Translations under genes and position numbers: made by a program | The notes under the pieces: generated by a model | Seen by the model: only the letters and a program-made list of their open reading frames with translations | Told to the model about the DNA's origin: nothing | Databases searched by the model: none | Shown here: positions 40,697-55,284 of the stretch, one piece after another | Layout: each line of letters starts with the position of its first letter | How positions within the stretch are numbered: the stretch's first letter is position 1 | Assembly (NCBI GenBank): GCA_964276515.1 | Contig: OZ193910.1 | Location: forward strand, 7,750,001 to 7,814,000 | DNA: 64,000 nucleotides | Direction: 5' to 3' | Source: Gordius albopunctatus | Taxonomy: Eukaryota

Positions 40697-43600
40697 ATAG
40701 GAATTTTTGCGTTGGCGATGTTTGAGATTGAGAGAAATTAAAATTTTCGTGCTGCGTTTAGTTTGTTTCAATATCGCTTTATAAGCGTGTCTCTAGTTTT
40801 AGTGAAACAAGCTCTATGCGATCGTGATTTACAGTTAATAATTTTTGATGACTGATCAAAAAAATGTTTTTCAAGGAATTCACCTCTTATACCGAAAACT
40901 TTCATGAGAGCTATATGGTTGAACAAAAAAATTGAAAAAATTTTGAGGTCGAAAAAATTATTATTTTTCATATTCTTTCGAAAGGGAGATGAAAAAATCT
41001 TTAAAAGTTAGTAAATATTCTTAGCATTTTGTCCTTGTTAGAATCTTGAAAGGAATTTATGCGTGGGGGGATGTTTTAGATTGAGAGAAATTAAAATTTA
41101 GGTGTTGCGTTTATATTGTTTCAATATCGCTTTATAAGCGTGTCTCTAGTTTTAGTGAAACAAGCTCTATGCGATCGTGATTTAGAGTTAATAATTTTTG
41201 ATGACTGATCAAAAAAATGTTTTTCAAGGAATTCACCTCTTATACCGAAAACTTTCATGAGAGCTATATGGTTGAACAAAAAAATTGAAAAAATTTTGAG
41301 GTCGAAAAAATTATTATTTTTCATATTCTTTCGAAAGGGAGATGAAAAAATCTTTAAAAGTTAGTAAATATTCTTAGCATATTGTCCTCGTTAGAATCTT
41401 GATAGGAATTTATGCGTGGGGGGATGTTTGAGATTGAGAGAAATTAAAATTTTCGTGCTGCGTTTATATTGTTTCAATATCGCTTTATAAGCGTGTCTCT
41501 AGTTTTAGTGAAACAAGCTCGATGCGATCGTGATTTAGAGTTAATAATTTTTGATGACTGATCAAAAAAATGTTTTTCAAGCAATTCACCTGTTATACCG
41601 AAAACTTTCATGAGAGCTATATGGTTGAACAAAAAAATTGAAAAAATTTTGAGGTCGAAAAAAATATTATTTTTCAAATTCTTTCGAAAGGATGATGAAA
41701 AAATCTTTAAAAGTTAGTAAATATTCTTAGCATTTTGTCCTTGTTAGAATATTGATAGAAATTTATGCGTGGGGGGATGTTTTAGATTGAGAGAAATTAA
41801 AATTTAGGTGTTGCGTTTATATTGTTTCAATATCGCTTTATAAGCGTGTCTCTAGTTTTAGTGAAACAAGCTCTATGCGATCGTGATTTAGAGATAATAA
41901 TTTTTGACGACTGATCAAAAAAATGTTTTTAAAGGAATTCACCTCTTATACCGAAAACTTTCATGAGAGCTATATGGTTGAACAAAAAAATAGAAAAAAT
42001 TTTGAGGTCGAAAAAATTTTTATTTTTCATATTCTTTCGAAAGGGAGATGAAAAAATCTTTAAAAGTTAGTAAATATTCTTAGAATTTTGTCCTTGTTAG
42101 AATCTTGAAAGGAATTTATGCGTGGGGGGATGTTTTAGATTGAGAGAAATTAAAATTTAGGTGTTGCGTTTATATTGTTTCAATATCGCTTTATAAGCGT
42201 GTCTCTAGTTTTAGTGAAACAAGCTCTATTCGATCGTGATTCAGAGTTAATAATTTTATGATTGATCAAAAAAATGTTTTTCAAGGAATTCACCTCTTAT
42301 ACCGAAAACTTTCATGAGAACTATATGGTTGAACAAAAAAATTGAAAAAATTTTGAGGTCGAAAAAATATTATTTTTTTCATATTTTTTCGAAAGGGAGA
42401 TGAAAAAATCTTTAAAAGTTAGTAAATATTCTTAGCATTTTGTCCTTGTTAGAATCTTGATAGGAATTTATCCTTGGGGGGATGTTTGAGATTGAGAGAA
42501 ATTAAAATTTTCGTGTTGCGTTTATATTGTTTCAATATCGCTTTATAAGCGTGTCTCTAGTTTTAGTGAAACAAGCTCTATGCGATCGTGATTTAGAGTT
42601 AATAATTTTTGATGACTGATCAAAAAAATGTTTTTCAAGGAATTCACCTCTTATACCGAAAACTTTCATGAGAGCTATATGGTTGAACAAAAAAATTGAA
42701 AAAATTTTGAGGTCGAAAAAATTATTATTTTTCATATTCTTTCGAAAGGGAGATGAAAAAATCTTTAAAAGTTAGTAAATATTCTTAGCATATTGTCCTC
42801 GTTAGAATCTTGATAGGAATTTATGCGTGGGGGGATGTTTGAGATTGAGAGAAATTAAAATTTTCGTGCTGCGTTTATATTGTTTCAATATCGCTTTATA
42901 AGCGTGTCTCTAGTTTTAGTGAAACAAGCTCGATGCGATCGTGATTTAGAGTTAATAATTTTTGATGACTGATCAAAAAAATGTTTTTCAAGCAATTCAC
43001 CTGTTATACCGAAAACTTTCATGAGAGCTATATGGTTGAACAAAAAAATTGAAAAAATTTTGAGGTCGAAAAAAATATTATTTTTCAAATTCTTTCGAAA
43101 GGATGATGAAAAAATCTTTAAAAGTTAGTAAATATTCTTAGCATTTTGTCCTTGTTAGAATATTGATAGAAATTTATGCGTGGGGGGATGTTTTAGATTG
43201 AGAGAAATTAAAATTTAGGTGTTGCGTTTATATTGTTTCAATATCGCTTTATAAGCGTGTCTCTAGTTTTAGTGAAACAAGCTCTATGCGATCGTGATTT
43301 AGAGATAATAATTTTTGACGACTGATCAAAAAAATGTTTTTAAAGGAATTCACCTCTTATACCGAAAACTTTCATGAGAGCTATATGGTTGAACAAAAAA
43401 ATAGAAAAAATTTTGAGGTCGAAAAAATTTTTATTTTTCATATTCTTTCGAAAGGGAGATGAAAAAATCTTTAAAAGTTAGTAAATATTCTTAGAATTTT
43501 GTCCTTGTTAGAATCTTGAAAGGAATTTATGCGTGGGGGGATGTTTTAGATTGAGAGAAATTAAAATTTAGGTGTTGCGTTTATATTGTTTCAATATCGC

Positions 43601-46600
43601 TTTATAAGCGTGTCTCTAGTTTTAGTGAAACAAGCTCTATTCGATCGTGATTCAGAGTTAATAATTTTATGATTGATCAAAAAAATGTTTTTCAAGGAAT
43701 TCACCTCTTATACCGAAAACTTTCATGAGAACTATATGGTTGAACAAAAAAATTGAAAAAATTTTGAGGTCGAAAAAATATTATTTTTTTCATATTTTTT
43801 CGAAAGGGAGATGAAAAAATCTTTAAAAGTTAGTAAATATTCTTAGCATTTTGTCCTTGTTAGAATCTTGATAGGAATTTATCCTTGGGGGGATGTTTGA
43901 GATTGAGAGAAATTAAAATTTTCGTGTTGCGTTTATATTGTTTCAATATCGCTTTATAAGCGTGTCTCTAGTTTTAGTGAAACAAGCTCTATGCGATCGT
44001 GATTTAGAGTTAATAATTTTTGATGACTGATCAAAAAAATGTTTTTCAAGGAATTCATCTCTTATACGGAAAACTTTCATGAGAGCTATATGGTTGAACA
44101 AAAAAATTGAAAAAATTTTGAGGTCGAAAAAAATATTTTTTTTCATATTCTTTCGAAAGGGAGATGAAAAAATCTTTAAAAGTTATTAAATATTCTTAGC
44201 ATTTTGTCCTTGTTAGAATCTTGATAGGAATTTTTGCGTGGGTGGATGTTTTAGATTGAGAGAAATAGAAAATTTAGGTGTTGCGTTTATATTGTTTCAA
44301 TATCGCTTTATAAGCGTGTCTCTAGTTTTAGTGAAACAAGCTCTATGCGATCGTGATTTAGAGATAATAATTTTTGACGACTGATCAAAAAAATGTTTTT
44401 AAAGGAATTCACCTCTTATACCGAAAACTTTCATGAGAGCTATATGGTTGAACAAAAAAATATAAAAAATTTTGAGGTCGAAAAAATTTTTATTTTTCAT
44501 ATTCTTTCGAAAGGGAGATGAAAAAATCTTTAAAAGTTAGTAAATATTCTTAGCATATTGTCCTCGTTAGAATCTTGATAGGAATTTATGCGTGGGGGGA
44601 TGTTTTAGATTGAGAGAAATTAAAATTTTCGTGCTGCGTTTAGTTTGTTTCAATATCGCTTTATAAGCGTGTCTCTAGTTTTAGTGAAACAAGCTCTATG
44701 CGATCGTGATTTACAGTTAATAATTTTTGATGACTGATCAAAAAAATGTTTTTCAAGGAATTCACCTCTTATACCGAAAACTTTCATGAGAGCTATATGG
44801 TTGAACAAAAAAATAGAAAAAATTTTGAGGTCGAAAAAATTATTATTTTTCATATTCTTTCGAAAGGGAGATGAAAAAATCTTTAAAAGTTAGTAAATAT
44901 TCTTAGCATTTTGTCCTTGTTAGAATCTTGATAGGAATTTTTGCGTTGGCGATGTTTGAGATTGAGAGAAATTAAAATTTTCGTGCTGCGTTTAGTTTGT
45001 TTCAATATCGCTTTATAAGCGTGTCTCTAGTTTTAGTGAAACAAGCTCTATGCGATCGTGATTTACAGTTAATAATTTTTGATGACTGATCAAAAAAATG
45101 TTTTTCAAGGAATTCACCTCTTATACCGAAAACTTTCATGAGAGCTATATGGTTGAACAAAAAAATTGAAAAAATTTTGAGGTCGAAAAAATTATTATTT
45201 TTCATATTCTTTCGAAAGGGAGATGAAAAAATCTTTAAAAGTTAGTAAATATTCTTAGCATTTTGTCCTTGTTAGAATCTTGAAAGGAATTTATGCGTGG
45301 GGGGATGTTTTAGATTGAGAGAAATTAAAATTTAGGTGTTGCGTTTATATTGTTTCAATATCGCTTTATAAGCGTGTCTCTAGTTTTAGTGAAACAAGCT
45401 CTATGCGATCGTGATTTAGAGTTAATAATTTTTGATGACTGATCAAAAAAATGTTTTTCAAGGAATTCACCTCTTATACCGAAAACTTTCATGAGAGCTA
45501 TATGGTTGAACAAAAAAATTGAAAAAATTTTGAGGTCGAAAAAATTATTATTTTTCATATTCTTTCGAAAGGGAGATGAAAAAATCTTTAAAAGTTAGTA
45601 AATATTCTTAGCATATTGTCCTCGTTAGAATCTTGATAGGAATTTATGCGTGGGGGGATGTTTGAGATTGAGAGAAATTAAAATTTTCGTGCTGCGTTTA
45701 TATTGTTTCAATATCGCTTTATAAGCGTGTCTCTAGTTTTAGTGAAACAAGCTCGATGCGATCGTGATTTAGAGTTAATAATTTTTGATGACTGATCAAA
45801 AAAATGTTTTTCAAGCAATTCACCTGTTATACCGAAAACTTTCATGAGAGCTATATGGTTGAACAAAAAAATTGAAAAAATTTTGAGGTCGAAAAAAATA
45901 TTATTTTTCAAATTCTTTCGAAAGGATGATGAAAAAATCTTTAAAAGTTAGTAAATATTCTTAGCATTTTGTCCTTGTTAGAATATTGATAGAAATTTAT
46001 GCGTGGGGGGATGTTTTAGATTGAGAGAAATTAAAATTTAGGTGTTGCGTTTATATTGTTTCAATATCGCTTTATAAGCGTGTCTCTAGTTTTAGTGAAA
46101 CAAGCTCTATGCGATCGTGATTTAGAGATAATAATTTTTGACGACTGATCAAAAAAATGTTTTTAAAGGAATTCACCTCTTATACCGAAAACTTTCATGA
46201 GAGCTATATGGTTGAACAAAAAAATAGAAAAAATTTTGAGGTCGAAAAAATTTTTATTTTTCATATTCTTTCGAAAGGGAGATGAAAAAATCTTTAAAAG
46301 TTAGTAAATATTCTTAGAATTTTGTCCTTGTTAGAATCTTGAAAGGAATTTATGCGTGGGGGGATGTTTTAGATTGAGAGAAATTAAAATTTAGGTGTTG
46401 CGTTTATATTGTTTCAATATCGCTTTATAAGCGTGTCTCTAGTTTTAGTGAAACAAGCTCTATTCGATCGTGATTCAGAGTTAATAATTTTATGATTGAT
46501 CAAAAAAATGTTTTTCAAGGAATTCACCTCTTATACCGAAAACTTTCATGAGAACTATATGGTTGAACAAAAAAATTGAAAAAATTTTGAGGTCGAAAAA

Positions 46601-49600
46601 ATATTATTTTTTTCATATTTTTTCGAAAGGGAGATGAAAAAATCTTTAAAAGTTAGTAAATATTCTTAGCATTTTGTCCTTGTTAGAATCTTGATAGGAA
46701 TTTATCCTTGGGGGGATGTTTGAGATTGAGAGAAATTAAAATTTTCGTGTTGCGTTTATATTGTTTCAATATCGCTTTATAAGCGTGTCTCTAGTTTTAG
46801 TGAAACAAGCTCTATGCGATCGTGATTTAGAGTTAATAATTTTTGATGACTGATCAAAAAAATGTTTTTCAAGGAATTCACCTCTTATACCGAAAACTTT
46901 CATGAGAGCTATATGGTTGAACAAAAAAATTGAAAAAATTTTGAGGTCGAAAAAATTATTATTTTTCATATTCTTTCGAAAGGGAGATGAAAAAATCTTT
47001 AAAAGTTAGTAAATATTCTTAGCATATTGTCCTCGTTAGAATCTTGATAGGAATTTATGCGTGGGGGGATGTTTGAGATTGAGAGAAATTAAAATTTTCG
47101 TGCTGCGTTTATATTGTTTCAATATCGCTTTATAAGCGTGTCTCTAGTTTTAGTGAAACAAGCTCGATGCGATCGTGATTTAGAGTTAATAATTTTTGAT
47201 GACTGATCAAAAAAATGTTTTTCAAGCAATTCACCTGTTATACCGAAAACTTTCATGAGAGCTATATGGTTGAACAAAAAAATTGAAAAAATTTTGAGGT
47301 CGAAAAAAATATTATTTTTCAAATTCTTTCGAAAGGATGATGAAAAAATCTTTAAAAGTTAGTAAATATTCTTAGCATTTTGTCCTTGTTAGAATATTGA
47401 TAGAAATTTATGCGTGGGGGGATGTTTTAGATTGAGAGAAATTAAAATTTAGGTGTTGCGTTTATATTGTTTCAATATCGCTTTATAAGCGTGTCTCTAG
47501 TTTTAGTGAAACAAGCTCTATGCGATCGTGATTTAGAGATAATAATTTTTGACGACTGATCAAAAAAATGTTTTTAAAGGAATTCACCTCTTATACCGAA
47601 AACTTTCATGAGAGCTATATGGTTGAACAAAAAAATAGAAAAAATTTTGAGGTCGAAAAAATTTTTATTTTTCATATTCTTTCGAAAGGGAGATGAAAAA
47701 ATCTTTAAAAGTTAGTAAATATTCTTAGAATTTTGTCCTTGTTAGAATCTTGAAAGGAATTTATGCGTGGGGGGATGTTTTAGATTGAGAGAAATTAAAA
47801 TTTAGGTGTTGCGTTTATATTGTTTCAATATCGCTTTATAAGCGTGTCTCTAGTTTTAGTGAAACAAGCTCTATTCGATCGTGATTCAGAGTTAATAATT
47901 TTATGATTGATCAAAAAAATGTTTTTCAAGGAATTCACCTCTTATACCGAAAACTTTCATGAGAACTATATGGTTGAACAAAAAAATTGAAAAAATTTTG
48001 AGGTCGAAAAAATATTATTTTTTTCATATTTTTTCGAAAGGGAGATGAAAAAATCTTTAAAAGTTAGTAAATATTCTTAGCATTTTGTCCTTGTTAGAAT
48101 CTTGATAGGAATTTATCCTTGGGGGGATGTTTGAGATTGAGAGAAATTAAAATTTTCGTGTTGCGTTTATATTGTTTCAATATCGCTTTATAAGCGTGTC
48201 TCTAGTTTTAGTGAAACAAGCTCTATGCGATCGTGATTTAGAGTTAATAATTTTTGATGACTGATCAAAAAAATGTTTTTCAAGGAATTCATCTCTTATA
48301 CGGAAAACTTTCATGAGAGCTATATGGTTGAACAAAAAAATTGAAAAAATTTTGAGGTCGAAAAAAATATTTTTTTTCATATTCTTTCGAAAGGGAGATG
48401 AAAAAATCTTTAAAAGTTATTAAATATTCTTAGCATTTTGTCCTTGTTAGAATCTTGATAGGAATTTTTGCGTGGGTGGATGTTTTAGATTGAGAGAAAT
48501 AGAAAATTTAGGTGTTGCGTTTATATTGTTTCAATATCGCTTTATAAGCGTGTCTCTAGTTTTAGTGAAACAAGCTCTATGCGATCGTGATTTAGAGATA
48601 ATAATTTTTGACGACTGATCAAAAAAATGTTTTTAAAGGAATTCACCTCTTATACCGAAAACTTTCATGAGAGCTATATGGTTGAACAAAAAAATATAAA
48701 AAATTTTGAGGTCGAAAAAATTTTTATTTTTCATATTCTTTCGAAAGGGAGATGAAAAAATCTTTAAAAGTTAGTAAATATTCTTAGCATATTGTCCTCG
48801 TTAGAATCTTGATAGGAATTTATGCGTGGGGGGATGTTTTAGATTGAGAGAAATTAAAATTTTCGTGCTGCGTTTAGTTTGTTTCAATATCGCTTTATAA
48901 GCGTGTCTCTAGTTTTAGTGAAACAAGCTCTATGCGATCGTGATTTACAGTTAATAATTTTTGATGACTGATCAAAAAAATGTTTTTCAAGGAATTCACC
49001 TCTTATACCGAAAACTTTCATGAGAGCTATATGGTTGAACAAAAAAATAGAAAAAATTTTGAGGTCGAAAAAATTATTATTTTTCATATTCTTTCGAAAG
49101 GGAGATGAAAAAATCTTTAAAAGTTAGTAAATATTCTTAGCATTTTGTCCTTGTTAGAATCTTGATAGGAATTTTTGCGTTGGCGATGTTTGAGATTGAG
49201 AGAAATTAAAATTTTCGTGCTGCGTTTAGTTTGTTTCAATATCGCTTTATAAGCGTGTCTCTAGTTTTAGTGAAACAAGCTCTATGCGATCGTGATTTAC
49301 AGTTAATAATTTTTGATGACTGATCAAAAAAATGTTTTTCAAGGAATTCACCTCTTATACCGAAAACTTTCATGAGAGCTATATGGTTGAACAAAAAAAT
49401 TGAAAAAATTTTGAGGTCGAAAAAATTATTATTTTTCATATTCTTTCGAAAGGGAGATGAAAAAATCTTTAAAAGTTAGTAAATATTCTTAGCATTTTGT
49501 CCTTGTTAGAATCTTGAAAGGAATTTATGCGTGGGGGGATGTTTTAGATTGAGAGAAATTAAAATTTAGGTGTTGCGTTTATATTGTTTCAATATCGCTT

Positions 49601-52600
49601 TATAAGCGTGTCTCTAGTTTTAGTGAAACAAGCTCTATGCGATCGTGATTTAGAGTTAATAATTTTTGATGACTGATCAAAAAAATGTTTTTCAAGGAAT
49701 TCACCTCTTATACCGAAAACTTTCATGAGAGCTATATGGTTGAACAAAAAAATTGAAAAAATTTTGAGGTCGAAAAAATTATTATTTTTCATATTCTTTC
49801 GAAAGGGAGATGAAAAAATCTTTAAAAGTTAGTAAATATTCTTAGCATATTGTCCTCGTTAGAATCTTGATAGGAATTTATGCGTGGGGGGATGTTTGAG
49901 ATTGAGAGAAATTAAAATTTTCGTGCTGCGTTTATATTGTTTCAATATCGCTTTATAAGCGTGTCTCTAGTTTTAGTGAAACAAGCTCGATGCGATCGTG
50001 ATTTAGAGTTAATAATTTTTGATGACTGATCAAAAAAATGTTTTTCAAGCAATTCACCTGTTATACCGAAAACTTTCATGAGAGCTATATGGTTGAACAA
50101 AAAAATTGAAAAAATTTTGAGGTCGAAAAAAATATTATTTTTCAAATTCTTTCGAAAGGATGATGAAAAAATCTTTAAAAGTTAGTAAATATTCTTAGCA
50201 TTTTGTCCTTGTTAGAATATTGATAGAAATTTATGCGTGGGGGGATGTTTTAGATTGAGAGAAATTAAAATTTAGGTGTTGCGTTTATATTGTTTCAATA
50301 TCGCTTTATAAGCGTGTCTCTAGTTTTAGTGAAACAAGCTCTATGCGATCGTGATTTAGAGATAATAATTTTTGACGACTGATCAAAAAAATGTTTTTAA
50401 AGGAATTCACCTCTTATACCGAAAACTTTCATGAGAGCTATATGGTTGAACAAAAAAATAGAAAAAATTTTGAGGTCGAAAAAATTTTTATTTTTCATAT
50501 TCTTTCGAAAGGGAGATGAAAAAATCTTTAAAAGTTAGTAAATATTCTTAGAATTTTGTCCTTGTTAGAATCTTGAAAGGAATTTATGCGTGGGGGGATG
50601 TTTTAGATTGAGAGAAATTAAAATTTAGGTGTTGCGTTTATATTGTTTCAATATCGCTTTATAAGCGTGTCTCTAGTTTTAGTGAAACAAGCTCTATTCG
50701 ATCGTGATTCAGAGTTAATAATTTTATGATTGATCAAAAAAATGTTTTTCAAGGAATTCACCTCTTATACCGAAAACTTTCATGAGAACTATATGGTTGA
50801 ACAAAAAAATTGAAAAAATTTTGAGGTCGAAAAAATATTATTTTTTTCATATTTTTTCGAAAGGGAGATGAAAAAATCTTTAAAAGTTAGTAAATATTCT
50901 TAGCATTTTGTCCTTGTTAGAATCTTGATAGGAATTTATCCTTGGGGGGATGTTTGAGATTGAGAGAAATTAAAATTTTCGTGTTGCGTTTATATTGTTT
51001 CAATATCGCTTTATAAGCGTGTCTCTAGTTTTAGTGAAACAAGCTCTATGCGATCGTGATTTAGAGTTAATAATTTTTGATGACTGATCAAAAAAATGTT
51101 TTTCAAGGAATTCTCACCTCTTATACCGAAAACTTTCATGAGAGCTATATGGTTGAACAAAAAAATTGAAAAAATTTTGAGGTCGAAAAAATTATTATTT
51201 TTCATATTCTTTCGAAAGGGAGATGAAAAAATCTTTAAAAGTTAGTAAATATTCTTAGCATATTGTCCTCGTTAGAATCTTGATAGGAATTTATGCGTGG
51301 GGGGATGTTTGAGATTGAGAGAAATTAAAATTTTCGTGCTGCGTTTATATTGTTTCAATATCGCTTTATAAGCGTGTCTCTAGTTTTAGTGAAACAAGCT
51401 CGATGCGATCGTGATTGAGAGTTAATAATTTTTGATGACTGATCAAAAAAATGTTTTTCAAGCAATTCACCTGTTATACCGAAAACTTTCATGAGAGCTA
51501 TATGGTTGAACAAAAAAATTGAAAAAATTTTGAGGTCGAAAAAAATATTATTTTTCAAATTCTTTCGAAAGGATGATGAAAAAATCTTTAAAAGTTAGTA
51601 AATATTCTTAGCATTTTGTCCTTGTTAGAATATTGATAGAAATTTATGCGTGGGGGGATGTTTTAGATTGAGAGAAATTAAAATTTAGGTGTTGCGTTTA
51701 TATTGTTTCAATATCGCTTTATAAGCGTGTCTCTAGTTTTAGTGAAACAAGCTCTATGCGATCGTGATTTAGAGATAATAATTTTTGACGACTGATCAAA
51801 AAAATGTTTTTAAAGGAATTCACCTCTTATACCGAAAACTTTCATGAGAGCTATATGGTTGAACAAAAAAATAGAAAAAATTTTGAGGTCGAAAAAATTT
51901 TTATTTTTCATATTCTTTCGAAAGGGAGATGAAAAAATCTTTAAAAGTTAGTAAATATTCTTAGAATTTTGTCCTTGTTAGAATCTTGAAAGGAATTTAT
52001 GCGTGGGGGGATGTTTTAGATTGAGAGAAATTAAAATTTAGGTGTTGCGTTTATATTGTTTCAATATCGCTTTATAAGCGTGTCTCTAGTTTTAGTGAAA
52101 CAAGCTCTATTCGATCGTGATTCAGAGTTAATAATTTTATGATTGATCAAAAAAATGTTTTTCAAGGAATTCACCTCTTATACCGAAAACTTTCATGAGA
52201 ACTATATGGTTGAACAAAAAAATTGAAAAAATTTTGAGGTCGAAAAAATATTATTTTTTTCATATTTTTTCGAAAGGGAGATGAAAAAATCTTTAAAAGT
52301 TAGTAAATATTCTTAGCATTTTGTCCTTGTTAGAATCTTGATAGGAATTTATCCTTGGGGGGATGTTTGAGATTGAGAGAAATTAAAATTTTCGTGTTGC
52401 GTTTATATTGTTTCAATATCGCTTTATAAGCGTGTCTCTAGTTTTAGTGAAACAAGCTCTATGCGATCGTGATTTAGAGTTAATAATTTTTGATGACTGA
52501 TCAAAAAAATGTTTTTCAAGGAATTCATCTCTTATACGGAAAACTTTCATGAGAGCTATATGGTTGAACAAAAAAATTGAAAAAATTTTGAGGTCGAAAA

Positions 52601-53283
52601 AAATATTTTTTTTCATATTCTTTCGAAAGGGAGATGAAAAAATCTTTAAAAGTTATTAAATATTCTTAGCATTTTGTCCTTGTTAGAATCTTGATAGGAA
52701 TTTTTGCGTGGGTGGATGTTTTAGATTGAGAGAAATAGAAAATTTAGGTGTTGCGTTTATATTGTTTCAATATCGCTTTATAAGCGTGTCTCTAGTTTTA
52801 GTGAAACAAGCTCTATGCGATCGTGATTTAGAGATAATAATTTTTGACGACTGATCAAAAAAATGTTTTTAAAGGAATTCACCTCTTATACCGAAAACTT
52901 TCATGAGAGCTATATGGTTGAACAAAAAAATATAAAAAATTTTGAGGTCGAAAAAATTTTTATTTTTCATATTCTTTCGAAAGGGAGATGAAAAAATCTT
53001 TAAAAGTTAGTAAATATTCTTAGCATATTGTCCTCGTTAGAATCTTGATAGGAATTTATGCGTGGGGGGATGTTTTAGATTGAGAGAAATTAAAATTTTC
53101 GTGCTGCGTTTAGTTTGTTTCAATATCGCTTTATAAGCGTGTCTCTAGTTTTAGTGAAACAAGCTCTATGCGATCGTGATTTACAGTTAATAATTTTTGA
53201 TGACTGATCAAAAAAATGTTTTTCAAGGAATTCACCTCTTATACCGAAAACTTTCATGAGAGCTATATGGTTGAACAAAAAAA
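38990..53283. repeat. 12-monomer HOR, period 4,234 bp, ~3.4 copies, each with an internal 4-monomer (1,411-bp) duplication
   Basis: ORF coordinates 39709/43943/48177/52413 (last step +2 from an insertion at ~51113), 40768/45002/49236 and 41474/45708/49942. Internal pairs 41121/42532 and 41474/42885. Confidence 0.94.
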
Positions 53284-55284
53284 TTGAAAAAATTTTGAGG
53301 TCGAAAAAATTATTATTTTTCATATTCTTTCGAAAGGGAGATGAAAAAATCTTTAAAAGTTAGTAAATATTCTTAGCATATTGTCCTCGTTAGAATCTTG
53401 ATAGGAATTTATGCGTGGGGGGATGTTTGAGATTGAGAGAAATTAAAATTTTCGTGCTGCGTTTATATTGTTTCAATATCGCTTTATAAGCGTGTCTCTA
53501 GTTTTAGTGAAACAAGCTCGATGCGATCGTGATTTAGAGTTAATAATTTTTGATGACTGATCAAAAAAATGTTTTTCAAGCAATTCACCTGTTATACCGA
53601 AAACTTTCATGAGAGCTATATGGTTGAACAAAAAAATTGAAAAAATTTTGAGGTCGAAAAAAATATTATTTTTCAAATTCTTTCGAAAGGATGATGAAAA
53701 AATCTTTAAAAGTTAGTAAATATTCTTAGCATTTTGTCCTTGTTAGAATATTGATAGAAATTTATGCGTGGGGGGATGTTTTAGATTGAGAGAAATTAAA
53801 ATTTAGGTGTTGCGTTTATATTGTTTCAATATCGCTTTATAAGCGTGTCTCTAGTTTTAGTGAAACAAGCTCTATGCGATCGTGATTTAGAGATAATAAT
53901 TTTTGACGACTGATCAAAAAAATGTTTTTAAAGGAATTCACCTCTTATACCGAAAACTTTCATGAGAGCTATATGGTTGAACAAAAAAATAGAAAAAATT
54001 TTGAGGTCGAAAAAATTATTATTTTTCATATTCTTTCGAAAGGGAGATGAAAAAATCTTTAAAAGTTAGTAAATATTCTTAGCATTTTGTCCTTGTTAGA
54101 ATCTTGAAAGGAATTTATGCGTGGGGGGATGTTTTAGATTGAGAGAAATTAAAATTTAGGTGTTGCGTTTATATTGTTTCAATATCGCTTTATAAGCGTG
54201 TCTCTAGTTTTAGTGAAACAAGCTCTATGCGATCGTGATTTACAGTTAATAATTTTTGATGACTGATCAAAAAAATGTTTTTCAAGGAATTCACCTCTTA
54301 TACCGAAAACTTTCATGAGAGCTATATGGTTGAACAAAAAAATTGAAAAAATTTTGAGGTCGAAAAAAATATTATTTTTCAAATTCTTTCGAAAGGGAGA
54401 TGAAAAAATCTTTAAAAGTTAGTAAATATTCTTAGAATTTTGTCCTTGTTAGAATCTTGATAGGAATTTTTGCGTTGGCGATGTTTGAGATTGAGAGAAA
54501 TTAAAATTTTCGTGCTGCGTTTAGTTTGTTTCAATATCGCTTTATAAGCGTGTCTCTAGTTTTAGTGAAACAAGCTCTATGCGATCGTGATTTACAGTTA
54601 ATAATTTTTGATGACTGATCAAAAAAATGTTTTTCAAGGAATTCACCTCTTATACCGAAAACTTTCATGAGAGCTATATGGTTGAACAAAAAAATTGAAA
54701 AAATTTTGAGGTCGAAAAAATTATTATTTTTCATATTCTTTCGAAAGGGAGATGAAAAAATCTTTAAAAGTTAGTAAATATTCTTAGCATTTTGTCCTTG
54801 TTAGAATCTTGAAAGGAATTTATGCGTGGGGGGATGTTTTAGATTGAGAGAAATTAAAATTTAGGTGTTGCGTTTATATTGTTTCAATATCGCTTTATAA
54901 GCGTGTCTCTAGTTTTAGTGAAACAAGCTCTATGCGATCGTGATTTAGAGTTAATAATTTTTGATGACTGATCAAAAAAATGTTTTTCAAGGAATTCACC
55001 TCTTATACCGAAAACTTTCATGAGAGCTATATGGTTGAACAAAAAAATTGAAAAAATTTTGAGGTCGAAAAAATTATTATTTTTCATATTCTTTCGAAAG
55101 GGAGATGAAAAAATCTTTAAAAGTTAGTAAATATTCTTAGCATATTGTCCTCGTTAGAATCTTGATAGGAATTTATGCGTGGGGGGATGTTTGAGATTGA
55201 GAGAAATTAAAATTTTCGTGCTGCGTTTATATTGTTTCAATATCGCTTTATAAGCGTGTCTCTAGTTTTAGTGAAACAAGCTCG

